Shown one piece after another: positions 1 to 13,020 of a stretch of DNA of 64,000 nt. Each line of letters begins with the position of its first letter. Position 1 is the stretch's first letter. Below the pieces are notes generated by a model. That model was not told where the DNA came from. It did not search any database and worked only from the letters and a program-made list of their open reading frames with translations. Location: NCBI GenBank assembly GCA_003344405.1, contig NOWV01000147.1:1-64000 (forward strand). The letters are read 5' to 3'. A program made the position numbers and the translations under genes. Source of the DNA: Trichoplax sp. H2. Lineage: Eukaryota.

Positions 1-2174
1 TAGTCTTGCTATGGTTTATGTGCATATGATTCTTGCGCTTTTTAACTTCCATTTGTAATTTGGCCATAACTTTTACGTCATTTCTAGCTGTATCAATAGC
101 TTTAATCTAGTGCTTACGTTCTTTTCGCCTTCTTTATTATTCACAGGTGACAATTCACGATGGGCATTTTAGAAGCTCTGAAGTAGCCTTTCATTTCCCG
201 CTAATTTATGAGATATTAACATAAATCGATTAACCGCATTGAAAAGTTTTACCGTAATTTGGCACGGAGATTAACTACAGCTAAAATATAAAAGAGCTTT
301 GATTCTCTACTAATTATTCGGATTATTAGTACGCATCAATTAGCTATATTGAAAATTTTTTATCATAATTAGATATCCAGTTAAACTACTATTCATCCTA
401 TAGTATATGATACTAAAGTAGAATAGTTATAATGTTATCCTTCCAGTACAATATTAATAAAATTTATTGACACTGCCTCTTTTCTCCTCTTGTATTGCTT
501 TCATATATTCTTTACTTAGCTCTTCATGATTCTCTTCTTGTTTTTGATCTTCTTGATTTTCTTGATTTTCTTGATTTTCTTGCGATTACTTATTTTCATC
601 ATCCTTCTCCTCTCCTGCATCTTCGCCCAATATCATAGATTGAATCATCTTCTCAGATCTTTTGTTGCCGATCCCATTTATTGCCTCTGTTAGTGATTTT
701 CTTCCATCAAATTTCAATGCGTAGTTCATAAAATCTTCTGTTAGTCGATTTAGTCTAGCTTGTGCACAAGTTCATCTTCTGCCATCTTAACCGAAAAGGT
801 ATATCTTATACCATCGAAATCATTGGAAGGTGGCCTTACCGAATGAAATACTGTACCTTGGGAAAGAGCACTCTGCCCATAACGTGGTCATACCTCTGTA
901 ATATAGTTATTATCATCATCAGCACTCTCAAAGTACGCAGTTTCTTCACCCTTTTGTGCAATCCAATTGGGATTTAAATAAGTTACCATCGTCCATTGAT
1001 CAGTAATCGATAAATAATCGCTATGCAATCGTCTATTAACGTTATTTCGAATCATATTACTTGAGACATCATAAGGGAAATAAATATCACGACTACCGAC
1101 ATGATTAACCACCTGCTGATGAATTTTCCATAAATTGCTATTTGCAAAATCTTGTACAGAGAAAATAGCCATCCATGATACACCGTCACTGCCGTCGTCA
1201 TGAATATATGTGTAGAAATATTCCTTGTATTTCACAAGTTTACGTAATCCTTCCAGTTCTTCAGGAGTAAATAAGTTGTCTAATACATAGATTTTTTTAC
1301 CATTTTCGCCAACATATCGTCGTGTAATATATTTCTCTACATCAATTACTCGATTTGCTGATACAGACGCGATATCATTTAACTTTGTGTTACGAATATT
1401 TCTTCGATGTTCAAATTTTTTCTTATAATATTCGATACCGTTTCGTAACTTTTCACTTGATTTAGTTAATTTAATATGGATTGTTTTGAGAGGATCGTAA
1501 CGATCTATTGCTGGAGGCTTATAAAGATGCTCGATCGATGAATCGAACATAACCATTCTAAAGGCAAGAGGATGGACAGCACTGACAATTTCGTTATTAT
1601 CATCATAGAATACAATATCGCCGTAATCATTCTTTTTCCATTTGCCTGTTAAATAGACGATAGCACTAACATCATCGTCACGAGATGGAGTATCAGTAGA
1701 TTTCTTTGGAATTTCAGATCTTATAACTAATTTAGCAGCGTCTTGATAAATATGATAGTCGTTACCTTGTTTATCGCCTTTAAAATGTTTTACAGCTCTA
1801 ATAAGTTTTTGACCGATCTTTGATTTTTCCATAAACTGAGGATCGAGAAATGTTTTCCATAAGATATGATCAGGGCTTTCTTCTTTATAATCGCTACCAT
1901 TATTATAGTTGTTAAGTGTCATTTCCCACTGTCCAAGACTGGATAAATATCGTCGGAACAGATAGATACTGAAAGGTTGTGTAAAGTTATTATATATCGA
2001 AATTTTTCGATTATCGGACGTATAGAATGAACGGTATAGATTTTCATCGAAGTCATCTCTTATTTTAGTTTCATCGGATTTTTTAGACTTTTTAGCGTCA
2101 CCAAATATCACAATAATAACAACTACGAATAAGTATATCCATTGATTTCTTATATTCCTAGAGAGACGAACCAT
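1..2174 (-). pseudogene. Pseudogene copy 1 of the secreted tandem 2OG-Fe(II) oxygenase family (runs off the window start)
   Basis: ORF 2174-888 is homologous to the three intact paralogs but stops at TGA 888-890 where they have Arg (EVRPRYG). Homology continues past it (PRYGQSALSQGTVFHSVRPPSNDFDGIRYTFSVKMAEDE), followed by a 5-bp frameshifting insertion (766-770), an in-frame TAA (586-588) and a GC at the expected donor (475-476). The exon-2 remnant (200 to <1; ..AHRELS..IKAID..MAKLQ) has two stops (169-171, 107-109) and a frameshift. Confidence 0.88.
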
Positions 2175-3972
2175 AATTGCATTAATGTGGTCCTCGTACG
2201 CGAAATAATTTCAGTAATTGCGTAGAATAACGATCTATGAAAATTGCAAACAAATAAAGCTTCTAAATGAAGTTTACTGCTTTGACGATAGCTTCTTTAT
2301 TCAATCATGAGTTTATGCAAAAGCTATTTTAAGCCCGGTAAAGATCTGATTATATACAGTACCGCAAGTCTTATGTACATTTATCACATATGACGATTGA
2401 ATAGAAAGTCCTCTATAAACAGGAAAGAGAAGGCGTTACTGGAAATTTTAATTACGATCTTTATGATGGAGGATAATGCGGCTTGAACGCTTATTTTCTA
2501 TCCCTAGTACCTTTTGAAGCGCTATAACTACAACAAAGTTAAATGGTGTATTAGGCTTTTTCTATGTCGCTCTTTTTCCTTAGGATATAAATCTACGAAG
2601 AACATCATAATGCCTAGCTACTATAGTTAAAATTAAATATATAATATCGTTTGATGGACGTTAGATTGTAAATAGGCCTATAAGATTACAAGGGCATAAT
2701 ATTGCTATCTCTTTTAGATGATCAATAAATAATGCCAAGTATACTCGTAGGTAATCTCTACCATTAGTGTAAGGGATAAACCCGCCTATATTTGCCCAAA
2801 CTAAGCTTACAGTTGATAAATATATAATTATAATCTAGTAGGTTAGATGGTAGATCATAACATTAACCCTTATCGATAGTTATTCAATGATATTAAATTC
2901 AGGCGAGCTCTATAGCCTGACGGTTATGCTTACAGTTAGTAAATTTAGGCATAATCAAAATCTAATCGATTAGACTATCTGATATAACATTGCTAATCCT
3001 TGCCGAGGATCGTCATGCATATTCTAATAATTTACTGTCGTATCAATCAAATTGGTTTATCCTTACTACTTACATAGAGAACGCCGGTAGTTAACCATTC
3101 GACTTTTATAATATACAAATTAGATAATAACACTGTATGCAACTATATCGTCATCAATTCTAATCAGCTGAAATAACTAAAGACGATTTCGCTGACTTTA
3201 CTTAATATTAGAGCTATACTTATCTTGAAATGGACTTTCATCAAGCATTTTCGATATTTTCAATAAGAATAATATGGAGATATTCAATTACTTATAAATG
3301 AGACCCGATAAAAGGGAAAGTAACAGAGAAGAATTCTTGTTGAATAAGTTAATAATTAAATCATGCTGGTAGATTTTCGAATACGTAGAGATGGTAACTG
3401 TGGCACTTTTTAACACACCTTCAATAATAATATAGAGAACTGTGATGGAATTGCCAAAGAGCGATTAAATTTGCCGAATTTATTGCCTATTGCATAATGG
3501 TGTGCCCTTTCATTGACAATATCTTGATACTAACGTGTAGTATTCACGTATAACAAATTGAATAGATGTATACTTGTAACTATTGCATAGTTCTGCTTTG
3601 ATGGATCTAGCTTAGGAAATTTCCATCAGTGAGATCATTTTCAGTAAATAGGATTAATGAAGACTGTTATTAGTCAAAATAGAAGATAACCTTAATACTA
3701 AATGAGTCATGTTTAAAAATGAGTCCTAGATACATGTTGATATTAGTTCATATATTTTAACAAATAGTATAATATACTCGAATACTTTACAAAGACCAAT
3801 ACAGTATTACGCTAGCTACCTTGACTAACAGCATCTATTATAATCAATTTCTATCATTCTAGATCTACAGAAAATCATTGCCTTGTCATGTTATACATAT
3901 ATCAATTTAACTTCTGTTTATCTATCGATTGATGGTATTAATTGCCAGCAGATTGTTTATTTAGCCTTCGAC

Positions 3973-6041
3973 CTATAAATGTTTACTAATTTGGTCTGCT
4001 AATTTATCGGCTGTTTTATATATCTTCATTTCTATGGAGTTTTGTAGCTTAGCCATCTTGTCTCCGTTATATCTATGCTTTTCAATTGTCTTAATTAATT
4101 TCAGGCGTTCTTTGGCACCTGCTTTATTTTCTATTTCAGGCAGTGATCGATGAGGATGACGATAGGCTTCCGCCAAACTCTCGAATTCTTCATCTAATAA
4201 GGAAAATAACACATCAGTAGGATGAAAGCAATGGATAAAATAGCTCTCTATAATGACCATAGATCTTAGCATAAGTTATTACGGCTTATCCATTAATCAA
4301 GAGCTTTGCAGTTTAAGAAAAATAAACGGTTATTTAGAATAACTTTAGACTAGAGTAAAGAATAAATACCTTTTGCTGCTTTATTTTGATTGTTGGTATT
4401 GCTCTCTTGTGATCGTTGATCATTTCCTTCACCAATTGCGTCTTGATTTTGTTCCTCATTGATATGGAAGCCATTATCAGTTATTAGTTCATCTTCATCT
4501 AAGAGCATACTTAAAGTACTTTTCTCCAGTTTTTTGGAGCCTAATTTGTGTGCAATTCTTTTAATGTAATCATACTGATCCACATTTCCTGCATAAATTG
4601 CATAATCTTCCGATAATCGATTTAATCTAGCTTGTGGTTCATCTTCTGCCATCTTGACAGAGAATGAATATCTTAAACCGTCGAAATCATTGGATGGAGG
4701 CCTTGCTGAATGGTAAATGGTACTCTGAAAAATAACACTTCGACCATAACGTGGCCTCACTTCTATCACATAGTCGTTGTCATCGGTATTTTTTTCGAAG
4801 TAAGCGGTTTCTCCACCCATTTGTGCAGTCCAATTTGGATTTAAGTAAGTTACCATTGTCCATTGATCAGCAGTTTGTGAGCAATCATCATGGACTCGAG
4901 TATTATCGGTATTTTTAATCATATTACATGAGACATCATAGGGGAAATAGGTATCACGACTGCCGACATAGCGAACCACTTGTTGATGGATTTTCCATAA
5001 ATTACTATCGACAAAGTCTTGTAGAGAGAAAGATGCTAACCATGATACACCATCGCTTCCTTTGTCAAGATAACTTTGATGGACATATTCCTTATATTCA
5101 ATAATTCGACGTAAGCCTTGTAATTCTTGAGGAGTAAATACGTTATCTAAGACGTAGATTTTTTTACCACTTTGGGCTACATATTGTCGTGTAATATGTT
5201 TCTCGACATCGATAGTTCGCGGCTGCGATAGAGGAGCGATATCGTTTAATTTCTTATTTCGAGCATCTACTCGATGTTGTGATCGTGCTTTATAATCTTC
5301 GATGGCTTTCTTTAATTTATCACTGGATTTAGTCAGTTTAATATGGATTGTTCTTACTGGGCCATTACTATCGATGGATGGAGGCTTGTAAAGATGTTCG
5401 ATGGAAGAATCAAACATGACCATCCTAAACATAAGAGGGTGAACACCGCATACAATTTCCTTATTTTTCTCATAGAATAAAATATCACCATAGTCGTTTT
5501 TCTTCCATTTGGTGATTAAATAGAGGATAGCGCTGATATCGTTATCATCAGCTGGAGCATCGATACTCCCTTTAGGCACTTCCGATCTTACGACAAGTTT
5601 AGCAGCGACATTATACATGTGGTAGTTATCACTTGCTTGATCACCTTTAAAATGCTGAACAGCGCGAAGGACTTTACGACCAATTTTACTTTTTTCAATG
5701 AACTCAGGATCGAGAAAGGATTTCCACAAGATATGATCAGGGCTATCGTCTCTAAAATCGCTACCATTATTATAATCTTTGAGTGTATGCTCCCATCGAC
5801 CAGCGTCGGACAAATAACGTCGAAGTAGGTAGACATTGGACGGCAGTAAAAAGTCATTATAGACCGAAATTTTTCGATGATCGGACGTATAGAATGATTT
5901 ATAGAGGTTGTGATCGAAATTATCCTTTTGCTCTTCACGATTGGATTTTTCCGAGTTGTCACCATTGCTAAAAGTGATTATCGTCATCGATAACAGTAAG
6001 CATAGGTATAAATTTCTGACACTACATAATAGAATTGCCAT
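3973..6041 (-). CDS. Secreted tandem 2OG-Fe(II) oxygenase (prolyl-4-hydroxylase-like, 2OG-FeII_Oxy_3-type) paralog 2; exons 6041-4370 and 4193-3973
   Basis: Hydrophobic N-terminal signal peptide. The C-terminal domain has VHDD...YLNPNW..GGET...YHSARP...RYS (HxD...H plus 2OG Arg). The N-terminal domain has SAILYL..W....YGD..FY...MVMFDSSIEH. A phase-1 GT-AG intron (AAAG|gtattt ... ag|ATGAAG) joins a helical exon 2 ending QISKHL*. Confidence 0.88.
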
Positions 6042-6142
6042 AGTTCTTAGGGTATTTTTGTACTCCTTCTTGAAGATTTTTATTCGAGCTCGTTTATATG
6101 TCCGAGATATATACTGTAATTATTGAAGTCTCCGTAGTAGTA

Positions 6143-6480
6143 AAGGCAAGTTAAGGCAACGCACCAAACACTTCTCGATATGTATTGATCCTTATTGAAG
6201 GAAATTCAAGTTTCTTTACTCAAGGCAAGTTAAAGCAAGGCACCAAGGGCGTCTCAATGTATACTGATCCTAACAGAATAAAATGGAAATTTCCGTAGCC
6301 AATGGAGCTTCTCAATCTGTACTGATCCTTGTTGAATAAAATGGAAGTTTCTCAATCTGTACTGACCCTTATTGAAAAAATGGAAGTTTCTATAATCAAT
6401 GGAGCTTCTCGATCTGTACTGATCCTTATTGAAGAAAATCCAATTTTCTCTGATCAAGGCAAGTTAAAGTAACGCCCCAG
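6143..6480. repeat. Compound minisatellite upstream of oxygenase paralog 2
   Basis: About 5 copies of the core ctc(a/g)atctgtactgatccttattgaa interleaved with 3 copies of aaggcaagttaa(a/g)g(c/t)aa. Confidence 0.8.
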
Positions 6481-8530
6481 GAGCTTCGAAATATAGAATC
6501 CTCGTACAGTCATCAACTGAATAAACAGTCGACGACCGATTTACAATTAATCTCCTTAGCTGTTTAGGTCACGTAAAATCAACTTGATATCGCTCAACCT
6601 ATAAAGAATATTGAATAGTATAAGATCCTTTAGAGGTAAGGGAAAAGAGGCGCTGATTCTAATTCTACGCTAGCTAAGTGGTTGTCTGTACCCAACATCG
6701 ATATTATACTACAATACAAAAGTCTATTTTAGAAATATAAAGCCTATAATTATTATAATGAATTCTTCTTACTGCCTATTGAAATGGTAATGCCATTGAT
6801 TTTATTCTACTGCCTATTAATATTAGGCATGATAGACAATAACGCAAAAGTTAACATCACGTATACATCGGAATGAATGGAATTAGATCTAGTTTGACCA
6901 GTAGCTCCTACGTGATGATGAAAATAATACTCTGGAATAAAAATATATATACTACCTATGTTTAGTCTTTAACTCTGCTATAGTAAACGTAATTCTCATA
7001 GTTCTTTAACGGCTATTTTAGTGGTTTACTGCTTGCCACAGGTGTCATAATATCCATTCAATCAACGCCATGTTGGCATCCAGTTTTATTGGTAATAGAG
7101 TTATGACTGCCTCAAGTTCATACATTCAGTCGAAATAGTTCTTTCTATCAGGATTGCTTAACCATTCCATGACAGATTGAAAGAACTTTCGACGTACAGC
7201 CGTAGTAAACTTGATTAATTCAGTTTGCAAAGGAGAGTTTAGTGTGCACAGTCAAAATAAATATTAGGTAGAAACGATTGCCGTATATGGATACTACAAG
7301 CGTTTCCTTGAAGAGAATTAATATCGATTGGATAATAAAGACGATAGCCTCCCAAGGAGCTATTTACAAATTTCCATTGGAAATGATTCTGAGTAGAAAT
7401 TACTACTAAATAAGATTTTTATAATTAGTGTTGGACCCACTGTAGCCATTGAATGCAACTAAATTCGTTTTTAATGCTGTTCCTGTGAATTATTTACCGT
7501 TCATTTCAATATGGCAGGGGTTATTCTATAGCTTACTCTGAGTAAATGAGGATGCAAGATATCGGCTAGTAAGCTCGTAAAATAAACATTCTAGATGATT
7601 ACATATTGACAGTAAGTGAGCTGCCAATGAAACAGATATTAGCAATTCCCTCTAAGTTTCGATGTCATAATTCAAACGAGTGGATGTCAGAGAATAGTAA
7701 TTAAACTCTCTGTTAGATATAGATCCTAACAAATGGGAGTTAGAGAGTAGTAATTCAACTCCTCGTTAGAAAGGGGTTCGGATGATTGCAACGAAGGAGT
7801 GACAGAGAGAACAAGTCTTGATCGTTATTGAAATCATATCATTTCATAAGCATGATATTCAAGTTTCTTTTTATAAATCCTTGTCATCATTGTCTTACTG
7901 AGAAAATTGTTTGGATCGCTTGCCAAGTGCTAAAAATCATTCACCATTTTCCATTGCTAATATAATTATAGATAGTATAATTTATCGCCAATGATTTTAA
8001 AGGGTGATATGATATCTTGAAGTACTAGGCAAGAAGGTGAGAAATATTGAAGGAGTAGTTAGAAGATAGATTCCGTTGCACGAACAGAATAGATGACTAC
8101 AGCAAACTAGATATTTTTAATAAAGTAGAAGAGCAAAAACCAATCAAAGAAAGGTATGGAAAGGATGAAGATGGCAAAAGTGCAACCTTGGACAGAAATA
8201 CACTGTTTAGAATGCTATATTTATTTCGAATAAGAATATGAAAGTTAAACAGCTGTTATAGTGGTATACACACAACACTACATTACATTACTTTCAGCGA
8301 TATTATTAGTAGCAAATGAGATTATTACCACCAATGAAAAGTCGCTTAAATCTATAGCATCCAATTGATTGTATTGGATTGAATGTTAATTCCGCAATAT
8401 GAAACAAAATAATGATAAAATTGTAATAGGAATGAATAATTATAGTAGTCGTTATTTCCTACTGGATCAACTTGGGCTACAAACTGGATTGTGAAAGAAT
8501 CATAAAGTAGAGCTGGCATAATAGATAAAT

Positions 8531-10675
8531 TTATAAATATGGAGCAATTTGAGCAGAGACTTTAGCATAGGAATTGTGCATATTCTCTTCTAAGGAGTTT
8601 TGCAATTTAGCCATGATTTTACCGTTATCCCTATGCTTATCGATTGTCTTGATTAACTTGGCTCGTTTTTTAACGCCATCTTTATTGGTAACCTCGACTA
8701 ACTTTCGATGAGGATTGCGATAATCATCCAGCATATATTCAAGTTCCTCTGTAATGAATTTGTAATATGGCGTCAAGAGATAGAATCAGTGTAATGATGG
8801 AATACTCTATGACTACCGAATTTACTTCCTTATAATCGACTTTAATTTTATTTTAGAACGGGGTTACTAATGGAAAGTAAAGCTATAACACCTTGGCACA
8901 CTGTTCTAGACGATCACCACCATGAAAATATATTTAATTATTTCTACTCTACTCTAATAATAATGAATTAAGCCATTCATGCTCAGCATATTCACATTGA
9001 CAAGTTGAATGGACAATTTACCTTCTTCTGCTTCGTCTTCAACAGATTGATCCTTTTGAGCTGGTGATTGGTCTTCTTCCTCTTCATCTTGATATTGCCC
9101 TTTACCTCGCGTTTTGCCTTCTCCTTCGTCATCGACCTGGGGCGCATCTTCGCCTAACAACATACGGAGAACCATTTTCTCTCCTTTTTCCGTCCCCATC
9201 ATACGTCCAATTCTTGTCACACTATCACGCAGGTCAATATTTCCAGCATAAATTGAAAAATCTTCCGTTAATCGATTGACTCGAGCTTGTGCTTCGTCTT
9301 CTGCCATCTTAACCGAAAAGGTATATCTTAAACCATCGAAATCATTGGCTGGCGGCCTTGCTGAATGATAGAGTGTACTCTGGAAAATAACACTTCGTCC
9401 ATAACGTGGCCTGACTTCGGTAATATAAAAATTATCGTCGATATTTTTCTCAAAGTAAGCCGTTTCGCCACCCATTTGTGCAGTCCAATTGGGGTTCAAG
9501 TAGGTTACCATCGTCCATTGATCAGCTACTTGTGAACAATCATCATGGACTCGCGTTTTATCATTACATCGAATCATATTACATGAAACATCATAAGGGA
9601 AATAGGTAGTGCGACTACCAACATGGCGAACAACTTGTTGATGGACATTCCATAAATTGCTATCGACAAAGTCTTGTAGCGAAAAGGATGCAGCCCAGCT
9701 AACACCATCACTTCCTTCATCGAAATTACCATCATGATCGTAGCGCTTATATTCGATGAGTTTGCGTAAATTTTTCAGCTCTTCAGCAGTATATAAATTA
9801 TCCAGGACGTACATTTTTTTACCATTGGGGGCCGTATAAGTTCGTGTAATATGTTTATCGACATCGATGACTTGTCCTGCTTGTATTGGAGCAACTTGGT
9901 TTAGTGTTTTTTCACGAGCTTGGGATCGAAGTTGTGATCGAGCTTTCCATTGCTCGATAGCATTATTGACTTTCTCCTTGGATTGAGTTAATTTAACTTG
10001 CAAGGTGATAACTGGGCCTTCATGATCGACCGAGGGAGTTTTATATTGATGCTCGATAGAAGAATCAAACATGATCATGCGAAATATAAGTGGATGAACA
10101 GCACCGATAATTTCCTTGTTGTTATCGTAAAATAAAATATCACCATAATCATTTTTTTTCCATTTACCTATTAAATATAAGATAGCACTGACATCGCCAT
10201 TACCCATTGGTGCATCTTGACTGCTTTTTGGGATTTCTGATCTTGCAATTAATTTTGCAGCAACATGATAGATCTGGTAGTCATTGCCTTGTTGATCGCC
10301 TTTAAAATGTCTAACAGCTCGTATGATTTTTTGACCAATTTTGGTTTTGCCAATGAATTCAGGATCGGGAAAAATTTTCCACAAGACATGATCAGGACTA
10401 TCTTCTTTAAAATCACTACCGTTATTATAATCGTTCAGTGTAACTTCCCATTGGCCAATGGTGAATAAATAGCGTTTAAGTAAGTAGAGAGAAGTGGGTT
10501 TTAAAAAGTTGTTATAGATGGAAAGTTTTCGATTATCCTCTGTGTAAAACGACTTGTACAAATTGGTATCGAAATCATCCTTTTCTGGGACATTTTTACT
10601 TTTGCTTGATTTCTTACTATCGTCGGCTGAGATTAGGATAGCGCAAAGTATCAAGAGACCGATTGATTTTCGCAT
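8531..10675 (-). CDS. Secreted tandem 2OG-Fe(II) oxygenase paralog 3; exons 10675-9022 and 8748-8531
   Basis: Signal peptide MRKSIGLLILCAILISA; VHDDC...YHSARPP...RYTF motifs; acidic linker; same phase-1 intron (GAAG|gtaaat ... ag|AGGAAC); exon 2 YRNPHR...MAKLQ...QIAPYL*. Confidence 0.88.
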
Positions 10676-10746
10676 CCTGTTGACAATCGTTATCTTGGAT
10701 AATCACTAGAAAAGGGAACGGAAACACAATTTTTCTAAATTGTACT

Positions 10747-10763
10747 TTCTCTCTCTCTCTCTC
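10747..10763. repeat. (CT)n microsatellite about 70-90 bp upstream of the paralog 3 ATG
   Basis: Run of ctctctctctctc seen directly. Confidence 0.7.
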
Positions 10764-13020
10764 AATTACAGATCAAGTAGAAATAGTGTAGTACTCTGGA
10801 CAACTGTATACCAATAGTTCAATGGATTAAATTGAAGGAGCCAATCTGCCTCTATGTGTCCTTTTAATAGACAATCAATATTAAACTTTAACGACTCTTT
10901 TTTAATAGGCAACTTTACGTCATAACGCTAACAACAGGTCGTTACTTCGCAATTATGAGAGAAAGAATTGATGTCGGTAGCTGGAATGGAGTACAATATT
11001 GAATTGTTTTACTATTATGGGGGATTGCCTATTGACATAATAATGGAGGCTTGCACTAATTGCAAAAAGTCACGCCTTCATAAGGCATTGAAGAAGAATA
11101 GTAAGAATATTATTTAAGCTATCTTATAGTTTTAAGACAAATTGAATAGACATGGTGTACAACTACTATAAGAGATCAAATATTGATCGAAGCTTAGACG
11201 TAGGACAACATTGTTGTATAGGAAATTATAAAGAGAGGATAGAAAATGAATATCAATAAATGATCCGTGGGCTAGCTATGACAACATGGATTGCCTTGTA
11301 ATTAAGTCTAGTCTACGAGTACTCGTATCCTAAGAGGAAAGGGATTGATGATGCAATTCTTGCTGTTGGTTTGGGTAGATGGAGGCTGAGATAATGGCTT
11401 CCATCATGGTTTATAAACTATACCAAGATAGGCCATCTTGAGACGGTAGAATAGTACTGAAGGAGAGGCAATATTAAGCATAGCAAAACGATATACTCAT
11501 ATATACGTAGAAGAAAACTTCCCATAGGTAGTATCTACTGTACTCTTCAACCGAAATAATTTACTTAATTGAATAAGCTAGTACTCCAAATAGGATGAGT
11601 AGATTATCATTATTACTCGTATTTGTCAACTTGCCTTTTAAATGAACGGCCCCCCAAAATGCATACTATGCCGGTGCTAGAAGTAGTCAATCAATTGTAA
11701 ATTATAGGAATCATTACAGCACGTTTTTCTATAGTAATTTTCCTACATTATAGATCGATCTTATGTTAACTACGGATACGCCTTAACTCATAAGATTGCA
11801 TTGAATTTATGGCATATTTAACTAAGAAAGTGTTATACTTAAGCAATGAGTTCACTCCGTGAGTAACATTTATAACTGATATTTATCGTTAATGTTCCGT
11901 ATTTCTAGCTACATCAGGTTACACCTCGATACGATTATGATTTATACTTCGCACTACAATTAGTAAATGATCAGTTCACTTTTTGCAATCTACAGTATTA
12001 CAAGCTGTAGTTCAGCCCCAAATATAACTTGGATTACGATCCAAGATTGTACAAGAACAGGTTAAAAATTGTACGTTCGAGTGTAAGATTGTATTAAGTA
12101 TCTATTTTAGTGAATCTAACTACAGTAATTATATAACAGAAAGCAACTATAACGGACTGTTTTATTCTTACCCCATAATGTAAGAAGTAGATCTATATGC
12201 ATATAAACACGACCGATAGATCGGAATCATTAATTAAATGAACAATAAGAAAAATATCTGCTGTGCCAGTACTGAATCTCTCTATATTGATATCTACAGT
12301 ATGGCTAAAACCTGAATTCCGGCAATGTATGATAGCCGGCTAAAGTTCGAATTAGGAGTGCACATCGTCCTATAGTTTAAGAACGACTATTTACTTAATA
12401 GAAAGAAAATCAACTCCGTTTAGTCCTTTCGCATACTGCATTGCTAAACACTTCCGTAAAGCAATAAAATCGATTAATCTGATTAGCATTCTACTTCAAG
12501 CATGAGTATCGCCGGCTAAAGCCCTAAAATCGAATATTTTTGCTTTTCATATCACTGTTCTACTACAGTAGTTCAAAGGACGAAGGACTAAATCTATCGC
12601 AGACTAATGCAGCTTCAATAGCTTATCCATAATTTATAAATGATTTATGCTACTGATCTACGTAGTTTCTTGCTACGATTCAACAGTACAAGGTTCGGCT
12701 AGTATACACTGACGACCAATCCATAACAAGATTGCCGAAATCAAGAATTCTTTATTGGTACCAAACCCACACATATACACCACTCGATGGTAAAGCATCA
12801 AGTGGTTCCTTGCTTACACACAGTTATCCTATTTATCAATCGCTATACTAAATCTAAGCTAACTAGGGATAAAGTTACTAGCTAGTAAAGAATAACTTAA
12901 TAATTAAAATAGTCCAAATTTAAATGATTTACAGTAAAAATGCGATGGCATGATTTACGTAAAATGAGCATCAACATCAGTAAGGTTATAAATACTACTA
13001 AAATGGAATACTATTTATCC

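Noticed and set aside
888-890. In-frame TGA in oxygenase copy 1 as selenocysteine or readthrough
   Set aside because: It aligns to Arg, not Cys, and is followed by a frameshift and further stops; no SECIS element was recognised.
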